From Alphaproteobacteria bacterium (GTDB taxonomy: Bacteria; Pseudomonadota; Alphaproteobacteria; CACIAM-22H2): 64,000 nucleotides of DNA. The notes beneath the pieces were generated by a model, which did no database searches, had not been told where the DNA came from, and saw nothing but the letters and a program-made list of their open reading frames with translations. The DNA lies in NCBI GenBank assembly GCA_035457725.1, contig DATIBC010000044.1:6458-70457 (forward strand). The letters are read 5' to 3'. This document shows positions 8,865 through 18,976 of this stretch, one piece after another (the first letter of the stretch is position 1; every line of letters begins with the position of its first letter). The position numbers were made by a program, and so were the translations under genes.

Positions 8865-9128
8865 TCAGCGCCGCTCGATCAGTCGCCGGATATCAAGAAT
8901 AAGCTCTCGGATTTCGGTGCGCAGCTCGCGCAGTTCGGTCGCGAGCACGTTCATGTCCTTGTGCAGCCGCTCGGATAGCTCGATGAGCTTGGTCGCCTGG
9001 TTGTTCGAACGCCACAACTCCCACCCGATCCGGATCAGCACGAGCAGTATCAGCCCGAGGAGATACAGAAGCGCCCGCGGTCCGCTCAGTTCGTCGAGCG
9101 TGAATCCGATGATCTCGCCGAGATCCAC
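8865..9128 (-). CDS. hypothetical small membrane-anchored coiled-coil protein (87 aa)
   Basis: GTG start with AAGGGGGA Shine-Dalgarno 5-6 nt upstream. One TM helix (LLYLLGLILLVLIRIGW) followed by heptad-like LxxL/E-R-rich coiled coil. Gene GC is lower than neighbours, and an AT-rich region lies upstream. Confidence 0.45.
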   Translation of the reverse strand: MDLGEIIGFTLDELSGPRALLYLLGLILLVLIRIGWELWRSNNQATKLIELSERLHKDMNVLATELRELRTEIRELILDIRRLIERR

Positions 9129-9320
9129 GAAGTCCCCCTTTTCACGATCTCGAAACTGTATTGTTTCATGGTATTACGAGATATCCTTAATCGCAATACG
9201 AATAAGACAAGCATTAATCATTAAAACCTAAAGAAAAGCTATTATCCGGTTCGTCGAATTTCCGGTATCCCGCAACCTTCGAGTGCTCGACAGCGGCTGA
9301 ACCGTAGCCGCACCGATCCG
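9129..9320 (-). promoter_or_regulatory. AT-rich (~35-40% GC) 190-nt spacer: 5' region of the small coiled-coil gene and 3' region of recJ
   Basis: ...gtattgtttcatggtattacgagatatccttaatcgcaatacgaataagacaagcattaatcattaaaacctaaagaaaagctattatcc... is in stark contrast to the ~67% GC surroundings. Confidence 0.3.
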
Positions 9321-11111
9321 CTACAAGGCCGTGTAAGTCGCCGCCGCATCCTCGATCTGTACCTGAACCCGCGGCGTGCCCCGCCATTGGTCGGCGCGCA
9401 GGCGCCCGGCCAGATGAAGCGTCGCACCTGCCGTGCCCCTCAGCGCCCCATCCAACACGGTTCCGACGGCCCGAAATGCGATGCCCGATAGCCGCGCTCC
9501 CTGGCCATCAGCAAGAATACAGCGGATATGGCTCTGGCCGACGACGTCAGCCCGGACCACGCTAACGCCCGGGAAGGCGAAACGCGGCTCCGGATTGCCG
9601 ACGCCGAACGGCCCCACCCGTGTCAGATTTGCCGCCAGTTCGTTCGTGGCGGCGGCCAGCGAAAGCGCGCCATCCAGAATCAGAATTGGCCGTAGCTCCC
9701 GATCCGCCACCTGCTCGCCGATGCGCTGACCGAGGAACTCCCGCAGCGCCTCCAATCGCGGGCGCTCTACGGTTAGCCCCGCCGCATTGCTGTGCCCGCC
9801 GCCATTGACCAGTAGCCCTGATTGCCGCGCCGCGATCACCGCCGCGCCTAGATCGACGCCGTTGGCCGATCGGCCGGAGCCGCGGCCGATCTCACCATCG
9901 AACGCAATCACGAAAGCGGGCCGGTCGAACCGCTCGCGAAGCCGCCCGGCGACGATGCCGATGACCCCGGGATGCCAGTTCGCGCTGGCGACACATATCA
10001 ACGGCGCCCCCTGCTTCGCTTGCGGCTCGGCCAACGCAAGGGCGTCGGCGAGCACGCTGGCCTCGATCGCCTGACGTTCGCGGTTGTAGGCGTCAAGCTG
10101 CCTGGCGATGGCGCGGGCTTCGAGCGGATCGTCGGTGCCGAGAAGGCGCACGCCAAGGTCGGCTTCGCCGACGCGGCCACCGGCGTTGACGCGTGGCCCG
10201 AGAACGAATCCCAAATGGTATGCCTCGCACGGCCCTTCGAGGCGCGCCACGTCGGCCAAGGCGGCGATGCCGCAGTTGCCGCGGCGGGCCAGAACCTTCA
10301 AGCCTTGAACGACCAGCGCGCGATTGAGGCCATTCAACGGCACGACATCGCACACCGTGCCGAGGGCAACGAGGTCGAGCAATTCGAATAAGTCGGGCTC
10401 CGCCCGCGCGTTGTACCAACCGCGCACGCGAACCCGCCGGTTCACCGCCACCACGAGCAGGAACGTCACGCCAACCGCAGCGAGTTGTCGGTGCGGGCTG
10501 GACTCGTCAAGGCGGTTCGGATTGACGATGGCGAGCGCTTCGGGCAATCGCGGTTCGGCTAGATGATGATCGACGACTATGACCTCGACGCCCGCGGCGG
10601 CGGCCTCGCCAAGCGCGGCATGCGCCGAGACGCCGCAATCGACCGTGACGACGACCGCAGCGCCCTCGCGCTGCAGGCGGCGCAGCGCCGCGGCGCTCGG
10701 CCCATAACCCTCCTTGAGGCGGTCCGGTATGTAAGTGCGAACGCGCCCTCCGGCGGCCCGCACGAAGCGCGCGAGCAGCGCAGCCGACGTCGCGCCGTCG
10801 ACGTCGTAGTCGCCGAAGACGGCGATCTCTTCGCCTGCGACGATGGCGCGGGCGAGCCGTTCGGCCGCCTTGCCCATGTCGCGCAGATGCTCGGGGTCGG
10901 GAAGTTGATCGCGCAGGCGCGGCTCAAGGAAACCATCGACCGCACCGGCGTCGATCGCGCGGCCCGCGAGTACGCGCGCCACGATCTCCGGCAGGCCGGT
11001 CGCCTGCGCCAGCGCTATGCTCGGCCGATCATCGTCCAAGCGCGACCGCCAGCGCTTGCCGGTGACCGAACGCTCGACGCCGAGAAATGCCTCGTCGTCG
11101 CCCTCGACCAT
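9321..11111 (-). CDS. recJ: single-stranded-DNA-specific exonuclease RecJ
   Basis: DHH/DHHA1 architecture, 596 aa, with typical RecJ motifs (AIFGDYDVDGATS, DHH). Confidence 0.9.
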   Translation of the reverse strand: MVEGDDEAFLGVERSVTGKRWRSRLDDDRPSIALAQATGLPEIVARVLAGRAIDAGAVDGFLEPRLRDQLPDPEHLRDMGKAAERLARAIVAGEEIAVFGDYDVDGATSAALLARFVRAAGGRVRTYIPDRLKEGYGPSAAALRRLQREGAAVVVTVDCGVSAHAALGEAAAAGVEVIVVDHHLAEPRLPEALAIVNPNRLDESSPHRQLAAVGVTFLLVVAVNRRVRVRGWYNARAEPDLFELLDLVALGTVCDVVPLNGLNRALVVQGLKVLARRGNCGIAALADVARLEGPCEAYHLGFVLGPRVNAGGRVGEADLGVRLLGTDDPLEARAIARQLDAYNRERQAIEASVLADALALAEPQAKQGAPLICVASANWHPGVIGIVAGRLRERFDRPAFVIAFDGEIGRGSGRSANGVDLGAAVIAARQSGLLVNGGGHSNAAGLTVERPRLEALREFLGQRIGEQVADRELRPILILDGALSLAAATNELAANLTRVGPFGVGNPEPRFAFPGVSVVRADVVGQSHIRCILADGQGARLSGIAFRAVGTVLDGALRGTAGATLHLAGRLRADQWRGTPRVQVQIEDAAATYTAL

Positions 11112-11118
11112 GTGCGAT

Positions 11119-12108
11119 TCACCCGCCGCTATCGAACGGTTTGCGTATGAAATTGTGCGTCGCCTCGATGACCCGCACCGTTCCGGTTTTCGAGCGCATC
11201 ACGATGGAGTGCGTCATCGCTCCGCTGGTTGAGCGCCGCACGCCACGCAACATCGATCCGTCGGTGACGCCGGTAGCGGCGAACATGACGTCGCCCTTGG
11301 CAAGATCGAGCAGCGCGTATTTCCGATTGAGATCGTTGATGCCAAGGCGGTTCGCCCGGCTTTTCTCGTCGTCATTGCGAAACAGCAAGCGGCCCTGGAA
11401 CTGGCCGCCGATACAACGCAATGCAGCAGCGGCAAGCACGCCTTCAGGAGCACCTCCCGATCCGAGGTACATGTCGACGCCGCTGTCCGGCCGCGAAGTC
11501 GCGATGACGCCACTTACGTCGCCGTCCGAGATCAGCATTATCCGCGCGCCGGCCTCGCGCACCTTGGCGATCAATTCGGAGTGGCGTGGGCGATCGAGGA
11601 TGCAAACGACGATGTCCGATACGTCGCTCCGTTTCGCCTTGGCCAGCGCCTGGAGATTGGCTTTCGGGGCTTCGTCGAGGTCGACGAGGTCGTCGGGCAG
11701 TCCGCCGCCGACGGCAATCTTGTCCATGTATACGTCGGGGGCGTTCAAGAATCCGCCTTCCTCGGCCATCGCCACCACGGCAAGCGCATTCGGGCCTCCT
11801 TTGGCGGTGATCGTCGTGCCCTCAAGCGGATCGAGGGCGATATCGACCCGTGGACCGTTGGCGTTGCCCACTTTTTCGCCGATGTACAGCATCGGCGCTT
11901 CGTCGCGCTCCCCTTCCCCGATCACGACCGTGCCGTCGATCGCCAGGCTATTGAGGGCGCGCCGCATGGCGTCGACGGCCGCCTGATCGGCCGCCTTCTC
12001 ATCGCCGCGTCCCATGAGCTTGGAGGCGGCCAGCGCGGCGAACTCGGTTACGCGCACCACTTCGAGGGCCAGGTTGCGGTCCAGAATCGATGGACGTCGC
12101 TCGGCCAT
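11119..12108 (-). CDS. glpX: class II fructose-1,6-bisphosphatase
   Basis: Full-length similarity to GlpX (EVVRVTEFAALAASKLMGRGDEKAADQAAVDAMR...). Confidence 0.9.
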   Translation of the reverse strand: MAERRPSILDRNLALEVVRVTEFAALAASKLMGRGDEKAADQAAVDAMRRALNSLAIDGTVVIGEGERDEAPMLYIGEKVGNANGPRVDIALDPLEGTTITAKGGPNALAVVAMAEEGGFLNAPDVYMDKIAVGGGLPDDLVDLDEAPKANLQALAKAKRSDVSDIVVCILDRPRHSELIAKVREAGARIMLISDGDVSGVIATSRPDSGVDMYLGSGGAPEGVLAAAALRCIGGQFQGRLLFRNDDEKSRANRLGINDLNRKYALLDLAKGDVMFAATGVTDGSMLRGVRRSTSGAMTHSIVMRSKTGTVRVIEATHNFIRKPFDSGG

Positions 12109-12132
12109 GGCGATTCTCCCTGCAAACTCTTC

Positions 12133-13425
12133 TTAAAATTCTTCGATGCGGATCATACGCGGTTTTTCGCGTACGGTCTTGAGAGCGGCGATCCGCGCCA
12201 AGGCGCGCGTCATTCCTGCTTCTTCGGCGACGTGGGTGGTCAACACGACCGGCACGGTTTCATCGGGGCTTCGCCCCCGTTGCAACATGGATTCGAGCGA
12301 CACGTCCTCGTCGCGCAGCGCTGCGGCAATATCGGCGACCACGCCGGGCCGATCGACCACCATCAGTCGCACATAATACTCGCCGCGATGGCGCTCCATC
12401 GGCGCGGCGCGGAGTCTGGCGAGACATCCGCTCGGCACTCCGAATGCGGGCGCGCCGCGTCCACGCGCGACGTCGACGAGATCGGCGATCACGGCCGACG
12501 CCGTCGGTCCCTCGCCCGCCCCGCGCCCTTCGAACACGGTCTTGCCTACGCCGTCTCCCTCGGCGACGACGGCGTTGAACACTCCCTCGACATGCGCAAT
12601 CGGCGTTTCGATCGGCACCATGCACGGGTGCACGCGTTGCTCCAACCCGTTTTCGGTCAGGCGCGCGATGCCGAGCAGCTTGATACGGAAGCCGAGCTCG
12701 CTGGCGTAGGCGATGTCGAGCGGCGAGACATGACGAATGCCTTCGATGTGGACGCCGGCGAAATTGACCTCGGCGCCGAATGCAAGCGCTGCCAGGATAG
12801 CCAACTTATGCGCCGCGTCGACGCCGTCGACGTCAAAGCTCGGGTCGGTTTCGGCGTAGCCCAGCTTTTGCGCATCGGCAAGCACGTCGTCGAACGACCG
12901 TCCGCTCGTCCGCATATTCGAGAGAATATAATTGCATGTCCCATTCAAGATACCATAGACGCGAATGATGCGATTTGCCGCAAGCCCCTCGCGCAGCGAC
13001 TTGATCACGGGAATCCCACCGGCGACCGCCGCTTCATATCCGAGCGTCGCTCCCTTGTCCTCCGCCAAGCGCGCCAACGCCGTGCCGTGCATCGCCAGCA
13101 GCGCCTTGTTGGCGGTGACGACGTGCCGGCCGGCCGATATCGCCGCTTCGCAGACCCGCCTTGCCACTCCATCCGAGCCGCCGATCAGTTCGACCACGAC
13201 CTCGCAATCGGCGCGACGCGCCATTTCCTCCGCGTCGTCGAACCAAGCGAGCCCGTCGAGCGGCACGCCGCGATCGCGACCGCGCGCGCGTGCGCTGACG
13301 GCGGTCACGACCAAGTTGCGTCCGCAGCGCGCCGCGATCAGCGGTCCGTTTTGCTGCAGGAGCTTGAGGACGCCGGCGCCGACAGTACCTAGTCCGGCGA
13401 TGGCGATCTTGAGCGGCGGATTCAA
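12133..13425 (-). CDS. hom: homoserine dehydrogenase
   Basis: N-terminal NAD-binding IAIAGLGTVGAGV, a central catalytic domain and a C-terminal ACT domain, 430 aa. Confidence 0.9.
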   Translation of the reverse strand: MNPPLKIAIAGLGTVGAGVLKLLQQNGPLIAARCGRNLVVTAVSARARGRDRGVPLDGLAWFDDAEEMARRADCEVVVELIGGSDGVARRVCEAAISAGRHVVTANKALLAMHGTALARLAEDKGATLGYEAAVAGGIPVIKSLREGLAANRIIRVYGILNGTCNYILSNMRTSGRSFDDVLADAQKLGYAETDPSFDVDGVDAAHKLAILAALAFGAEVNFAGVHIEGIRHVSPLDIAYASELGFRIKLLGIARLTENGLEQRVHPCMVPIETPIAHVEGVFNAVVAEGDGVGKTVFEGRGAGEGPTASAVIADLVDVARGRGAPAFGVPSGCLARLRAAPMERHRGEYYVRLMVVDRPGVVADIAAALRDEDVSLESMLQRGRSPDETVPVVLTTHVAEEAGMTRALARIAALKTVREKPRMIRIEEF

Positions 13426-14666
13426 GAGACGAGCGTTATGTTGGTCTTCGCCGGCTTTTGTGTCGGCGGCTCGGGCAGCCGGTCCTCAGCGGCGAAAAAC
13501 GCCTTGATGTTGCGAACCGCCTGTCGAATGCGTTGGACGTTCTCGACGAGCGCCAGGCGCACGAATCCGTCGCCGTATTCTCCGAAGCCGATGCCGGGCG
13601 AGACCGCGACGCTGGCTTTCTGCAGCAGCAACTTCGAGAACTCGAGCGAACCAAGTTCGCGATAACGCTCGGGCACCGGGGCCCAGGCGAACATCGTCGC
13701 CGGTGGGCTCGGCACGCTCCAGCCGGCCGCCGCGAGGCCGGCGATCAACACGTCACGCCGTTGTTTGTAGAGGGCGCGAATATCGTCGACGCATCGTTGC
13801 GGCCCATTGAGCGCCGCTGTCGCTGCGACCTGCACCGGGGTGAACGCGCCGTAGTCGAGATACGACTTGATCCGCGCCAACGCCGCGACGAGACGGCGAT
13901 TGCCGGCGGCGAATCCGACGCGCCATCCCGGCATCGAGTACGTCTTGCTCATCGACGTGAATTCGATGGCGATGTCCCTGGCGCCCGGTACTTGCAGAAT
14001 CGATGGCGGCGGATTGTCGTCGAAGTAGATCTCCGCGTAGGCCAAGTCCGACAAGATCCATATGCCGTGTTGACGGCAGAAGTCGACGCACTCGGCGTAG
14101 AAGTCGAGCCCGACGATCTGCGCCGTCGGGTTCGAGGGGAAATTGAGGACCAGCGCCAGCGGCGAGGGCACCGAGTGTTTGACCGCGCGTTTAAGATTGG
14201 CGATGAAGTTCTGGCCGCCGCCCACGGGGATATGCCGGATCGAGGCACCGGCCATGATGAATCCATAGGGATGGATCGGATAGCTCGGGTTCGGCACCAA
14301 GATCACGTCGCCTGGCCCGGTGATCGCCTGCGCCAGGTTGGCTAAGCCTTCTTTCGACCCAAGCGTGACGATGGTTTCCGTCTCGGAGTCGAGTTCGACG
14401 CCGAAACGCCGGCGATAATACGCCGCGTGCGCCCGGCGCAGGCCTGGGATACCGCGCGAGGTGGAGTAGCGATGCGTTCTGGGATCGCGCACCGTCTCGA
14501 TCAGCTTTTCCACTATGTGGGCTGGGGTCGGCGAATCCGGATTGCCCATTCCCAGGTCGACGATGTCTTGGCCGGCCGCGCGCGCCTTCGCCTTCATCGT
14601 GTTCACCTCGGCGAACACGTACGGCGGCAGGTGTCGGATCCGGTGGAACTCGCTTGGCTGTAACAT
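13422..14666 (-). CDS. class I/II pyridoxal-phosphate aminotransferase (LL-diaminopimelate/alanine aminotransferase-like)
   Basis: Fold-type I aminotransferase motifs (SMSKTYSMPGWRVGF). Start taken at MLQPSEF; 4-nt overlap with hom. Confidence 0.85.
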   Translation of the reverse strand: MLQPSEFHRIRHLPPYVFAEVNTMKAKARAAGQDIVDLGMGNPDSPTPAHIVEKLIETVRDPRTHRYSTSRGIPGLRRAHAAYYRRRFGVELDSETETIVTLGSKEGLANLAQAITGPGDVILVPNPSYPIHPYGFIMAGASIRHIPVGGGQNFIANLKRAVKHSVPSPLALVLNFPSNPTAQIVGLDFYAECVDFCRQHGIWILSDLAYAEIYFDDNPPPSILQVPGARDIAIEFTSMSKTYSMPGWRVGFAAGNRRLVAALARIKSYLDYGAFTPVQVAATAALNGPQRCVDDIRALYKQRRDVLIAGLAAAGWSVPSPPATMFAWAPVPERYRELGSLEFSKLLLQKASVAVSPGIGFGEYGDGFVRLALVENVQRIRQAVRNIKAFFAAEDRLPEPPTQKPAKTNITLVS

Positions 14667-14740
14667 CGCGGAGGCCTGGGTTGGGGAGGCGGTGCACCGG
14701 AGCGACGCCGGTGGGCGGACCCTATCTAATTCGGCAAAGG

Positions 14741-15286
14741 TCAAGAATCGACAAAAATTTCGATCGGCCCGTTTTCGGGGCGCTCCTCGATCATGATCCT
14801 CAATGCGGCGACGCCCAGCCGCTGGAGTTCGGTGGCCACCAGTCGCGCCCGCGCCATCTCGCCGACGACACGCACCGGCCCCGCCGCGCTTTGCGCCCGC
14901 CGCGCCGCCATGGCAATCCGGTCATGCGCCACCGAAGTCAAGCGAGGCTCGCCGGGGGCAAACTCGATCACCACCAGCGGCGGCGACGCTGGCGCGGCCG
15001 CGGCGATCGTGGCACTTGCCGAAGGCGGGCGGAGCTCGGATTCGATCGAGCGGGCGGCGTCGCGGTCGGCGATCAACTTGGCAGTGTCGGCCTGGCGGGC
15101 GGAACTCGGCCGCTCCGGCCGCGGCGCCGGCACCGAAGCCAAGTTTGGGAACGGACGTCCCTCGGCCGGCGGCGGATCGATCCGCGAGGCCCCGAACACA
15201 TCGAGCCATTGCGGCGGCTCGCTGCAAGCCGCCGCCGTCGCCAGGACAACCACGAGCGAAACGAACGACGACCGCCTGGACGCCAC
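14741..15286 (-). CDS. hypothetical exported protein / possible lipoprotein
   Basis: Signal-peptide-like ASRRSSFVSLVVVLATAAAC with a Cys after the hydrophobic core. Pro/Ala-rich linker and a conserved-looking C-terminal domain. Start codon is uncertain (GTG at the FVASRR position was chosen). Confidence 0.45.
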   Translation of the reverse strand: MASRRSSFVSLVVVLATAAACSEPPQWLDVFGASRIDPPPAEGRPFPNLASVPAPRPERPSSARQADTAKLIADRDAARSIESELRPPSASATIAAAAPASPPLVVIEFAPGEPRLTSVAHDRIAMAARRAQSAAGPVRVVGEMARARLVATELQRLGVAALRIMIEERPENGPIEIFVDS

Positions 15287-15522
15287 GAACCACTCGCGAC
15301 TTGCGACCCAATCGCGCCATCGTACGCGATGCTTTGTTTCCCGCCGATTACCCATGCCGCGTTCGCCAGTCCCGGCCCGATGGGCCTCGCTTTTCAAGGA
15401 TGAATTAGCACAATGGCTTGTATATTACTGTGGCCGGATTCGGGCGTTTTGGCGACATCGCTCAGGCCCCGGATGGACCGGATCGCCACTGGGCATTCGG
15501 GCGAGAGCATAGGGTTTCAGCA

Positions 15523-17316
15523 ATGGCCGATCAGACCGACCGCGACGTCAAGATACCCGATCCGCTCGAGATGTCGCGGATGATGACCCGCATTGCCGAG
15601 CAAAGCCAAAGACTGGTGGCGGAGTTTCTTGCCAAGCAAGCCGAGATGCCTGGCATCGGGATGTCGGATCCGCTCAACATCGGCCAAGCCTTTTTCGACA
15701 TGACCGCGCGCCTGATGGCGAATCCCGTCAAGCTGGTGGAGGCGCAAATCAACCTTTGGCAGGACTACATGGCGCTGTGGCAGTCGACCACGCGCCGCCT
15801 GCTCGGGGACACGGCGGAACCGGTGATCGAGCCGTCGGCCGAAGATCGCCGCTTCAAAGACGCGGTGTGGGACGAAAATTACGTGTTCGACTACATCAAG
15901 CAGTCGTACTTGCTCACCGCGCGCTGGTTGCAATCGACGGTGCGCCAGGTGGAAGGCCTCGACGACAAAACGGCGAAAAAGGTCGACTTCTATACCCGCC
16001 AGTTCGTCGACGCCATGGCGCCGACCAACTTCGCGATTACCAACCCCGAGGTCTTGCGCACGACGATCGAAAGCGGCGGCGAAAACTTGCTGAAGGGGCT
16101 TTCCAACCTCCTCGACGACCTCGAACGCGGCAAGGGCAAGCTCGCGATCAAGATGACGGACATGGAGGCGTTCAAGGTCGGCGAGAATATCGCGGTCACG
16201 CCGGGCAAGGTCATATTCCAGACCGACCTGATGCAGCTCCTTCAATACTCGCCCAGCACCGAGACGGTGGCGCGCCGCCCGCTACTGATCATTCCGCCGT
16301 GGATCAACAAGTTCTACATTCTCGATCTTCGTGAACGGAACTCGTTCATCAAATGGGCGGTCGGCGAAGGCCACACGGTCTTCGTCGTTTCGTGGGTCAA
16401 TCCCGACGAACGTCTCGCCGAGAAGACGTTCGACGATTACATGCTGGAAGGCCCGCTCGCGGCCCTCGATGCAATCGAAAAGGCGACGGGCGAAAAAGAA
16501 GTCAACGTCGTCGGCTATTGCCTCGGCGGCACGCTGCTCGCCTGCACGCTCGCCTACATGGCGACGAAGAAAGACGGACGCTTCGTCAGCGCCACGTTCC
16601 TCACTACGATGGTCGATTTCGCCGAGGCCGGCGAATTGTCGGTGTTCATCGACGAAGAACAACTCGCGGCGCTCGAGGAGCGGATGCAGACGAAAGGCTT
16701 CCTCGAAGGCCGCGACATGGCGACGACCTTCAACATGTTGCGCGCCAATGACCTTATCTGGTCGTTCGTGGTCAACAACTACCTGCTCGGCAAGGATCCC
16801 TTCCCCTTCGACCTGCTTTACTGGAACGCCGATTCGACGCGCATGCCGGCGGCCATGCACAGCTTCTACCTTCGCCAGATGTATCAGGAGAATAGGCTTT
16901 CGAAGGGCGAGATAACCTTGCTCGATACGCGCATCGACCTGGCCAAGATCAAGCAGCCGGTCTTCATATTATCGACGCGCGAGGACCATATTGCGCCCTG
17001 GAAATCGACCTACGTCGCGACGCAGTTGTACAAAGTGCCGACGAAATTCTGTCTATCCGCGTCGGGCCACATCGCCGGCGTCGTCAACCCGCCGGCGGCC
17101 GGCAAGTATTGCTACTGGACGAACGATAAGCTGCCGAAGTCGCCCGATGCCTGGCTCGAAAGCGCGACCCAGCGTGCCGGCTCGTGGTGGACCGAGTGGC
17201 AGAACTGGGTCAAGGCGTTCGCCGGCGGCAAGCTTCCCGCCCGCCGGCCGGGAGACGGCAAGCTTAAACCGATCGAAGACGCGCCGGGCTCGTACGTCCT
17301 GGTGAAGGCAAGCTGA
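15523..17316 (+). CDS. phaC: class I poly(R)-hydroxyalkanoic acid synthase
   Basis: Lipase-box GYCLGG, about 597 aa, typical PhaC N- and C-terminal regions. ATG preceded by AGGG. Confidence 0.9.
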   Translation: MADQTDRDVKIPDPLEMSRMMTRIAEQSQRLVAEFLAKQAEMPGIGMSDPLNIGQAFFDMTARLMANPVKLVEAQINLWQDYMALWQSTTRRLLGDTAEPVIEPSAEDRRFKDAVWDENYVFDYIKQSYLLTARWLQSTVRQVEGLDDKTAKKVDFYTRQFVDAMAPTNFAITNPEVLRTTIESGGENLLKGLSNLLDDLERGKGKLAIKMTDMEAFKVGENIAVTPGKVIFQTDLMQLLQYSPSTETVARRPLLIIPPWINKFYILDLRERNSFIKWAVGEGHTVFVVSWVNPDERLAEKTFDDYMLEGPLAALDAIEKATGEKEVNVVGYCLGGTLLACTLAYMATKKDGRFVSATFLTTMVDFAEAGELSVFIDEEQLAALEERMQTKGFLEGRDMATTFNMLRANDLIWSFVVNNYLLGKDPFPFDLLYWNADSTRMPAAMHSFYLRQMYQENRLSKGEITLLDTRIDLAKIKQPVFILSTREDHIAPWKSTYVATQLYKVPTKFCLSASGHIAGVVNPPAAGKYCYWTNDKLPKSPDAWLESATQRAGSWWTEWQNWVKAFAGGKLPARRPGDGKLKPIEDAPGSYVLVKAS

Positions 17317-17348
17317 CGACTTGCCGCGCGCCTCGGCGCCTGATCGCC

Positions 17349-17924
17349 TTAACCGGCGCTTACCGGCGGATGAAGCGCGCGACCGACCACTTGCGTGCGA
17401 TACTCCGCGCCTAACTCGGAATAGAGCTGCGCCAGCTCGTCGATGCGGGCGAGTTCCGCATCGGTCACGTCGCGCATGTAGCGCGCCGGGTTTCCCGCCC
17501 ACACCTGCCTCTTGGGCACGCGCTTTCCCGGAGTTACGACGGCGCCCGCGGCGACCATCGCGCCGCTCTCGACGTATGCGCCATCCATGACGCAAGCTTT
17601 CATCCCGACAAACGATCGGTCTTCGAGCGTGCAGGCATGGATCAGCGCCATGTGACCGATCGTCACCTCGATGCCGACGCGGACCGCGAACTTTCGACGC
17701 GTGCCATGAATGACCGTCCCGTCCTGCACGTTGGTGCGCGAGCCGATGCGAATCTCGTGGACGTCGCCGCGCACAATGACGCCGAACCACAAATTGGCTT
17801 CCTCGCCGATTTCGACGTCGCCGATCACCGTCGCCCCCGGGGCGATGAACGCCGAGGGCGCGATACGCGGCACCTGGTTGCGATAAGGCAAGATCAGCGG
17901 CGGCGTGGCTATACGGCCGTCCAT
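17349..17924 (-). CDS. gamma carbonic anhydrase family / hexapeptide-repeat protein
   Basis: Left-handed beta-helix hexapeptide repeats (IGDVEIGEEANLWFGVIVRGD...). ATG overlaps the argC stop (TAATG). Confidence 0.85.
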   Translation of the reverse strand: MDGRIATPPLILPYRNQVPRIAPSAFIAPGATVIGDVEIGEEANLWFGVIVRGDVHEIRIGSRTNVQDGTVIHGTRRKFAVRVGIEVTIGHMALIHACTLEDRSFVGMKACVMDGAYVESGAMVAAGAVVTPGKRVPKRQVWAGNPARYMRDVTDAELARIDELAQLYSELGAEYRTQVVGRALHPPVSAG

Positions 17925-18976
17925 TAGGGGAACAGCGCCTCTTGGCGCAAACCGGCCGTCTCGTCGATCCCGAGCATGACGTTCATGTTCTGTATCGCCT
18001 GACCCGAAGCGCCCTTCACCAAATTGTCCGATGCCGAGACGACGATCGCGCGCCCCGGCAGCCGGTCGGCGAAAACCCCGATCACGATGTTGTTCGAGCC
18101 CCGCACGTGCCGCGTCGCCGGCACGACGCCGTCAGGGGCGATTCGCACGAATGGTTCGCCCTCATAGGTCTTGCCGAGCGTCGCCCGAAGATCGGCTGAA
18201 CTCGTGCCGTTCGCCAGCTTGACGTACATCGTCGAAAGGATGCCGCGATTCATCGGCATCAAGTGAGGCGTGAAGTTGACGATAACTGGCCGCCCCGCCG
18301 CCTGCGACAATCCCTGTTCGATCTCGGGCGCGTGCCGATGGTTGGCGATCGAGTAAGCGTGGATGCCCTCGGAGACTTCGGCGAATAGATTCGCCTGCTT
18401 GGCCTCGCGCCCGGCGCCAGTGACGCCCGATTTCGAATCGATGATGATGTCGTCCGGAGATATCTGCCTGGCGGCGAGCAACGGCATCAGTGGCAGTTGC
18501 GCCGAGGTCGGATAGCACCCGGGATTGGCGACCAGCCGCGCCTTGCGGACCTCGTTGCGCGCCAGCTCGGTCAGGCCATAGACGGCCTCTTTCTGTAGCT
18601 CCGGCGCGTAATGGGCATGGCCGTACCATTTCGCGTAAAGCTCGACATCGGCAAGGCGAAAATCGGCCGACAAGTCGACGATCTTGAGATGGTGCGGCAG
18701 CGCGGCGATAACCTCTTGCGTCGTGCCGTGCGGCAGCGCGCAAAAAATGACGTCGACCTTGGCCCAGTCGGCGTCGGCGATCTTGATCAAGTCCGGCAGC
18801 TTCAAGTGCCCGAGATGCGGCAGCACCGCGCCGAGCTTCTGGCCGGCGTTGCGCTCGGCGGTCAGCACGGTCACCTCGAACTGCGGGTGGTGGGCCAAGA
18901 GACGCAGCAACTCGGCCCCGGTATAGCCACTGGCGCCGAGAATTCCGACCCGCACCCGATTGGATAATGTCGCCAT
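17924..18976 (-). CDS. argC: N-acetyl-gamma-glutamyl-phosphate reductase
   Basis: VGILGASGYTGAELLRLL N-terminus and catalytic PGCYPTS motif. Confidence 0.9.
   Translation of the reverse strand: MATLSNRVRVGILGASGYTGAELLRLLAHHPQFEVTVLTAERNAGQKLGAVLPHLGHLKLPDLIKIADADWAKVDVIFCALPHGTTQEVIAALPHHLKIVDLSADFRLADVELYAKWYGHAHYAPELQKEAVYGLTELARNEVRKARLVANPGCYPTSAQLPLMPLLAARQISPDDIIIDSKSGVTGAGREAKQANLFAEVSEGIHAYSIANHRHAPEIEQGLSQAAGRPVIVNFTPHLMPMNRGILSTMYVKLANGTSSADLRATLGKTYEGEPFVRIAPDGVVPATRHVRGSNNIVIGVFADRLPGRAIVVSASDNLVKGASGQAIQNMNVMLGIDETAGLRQEALFP

Noticed and set aside
11581-13392. 603-aa plus-strand ORF
   Set aside because: It is antisense to glpX and hom, both full-length and canonical; a spurious GC-driven open frame.
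17053-17790. 245-aa and 319-aa (18162..19121) minus-strand ORFs
   Set aside because: They overlap phaC, the gamma-CA gene and argC on the opposite strand, and the sequence is Arg-rich low complexity. They are not coding.
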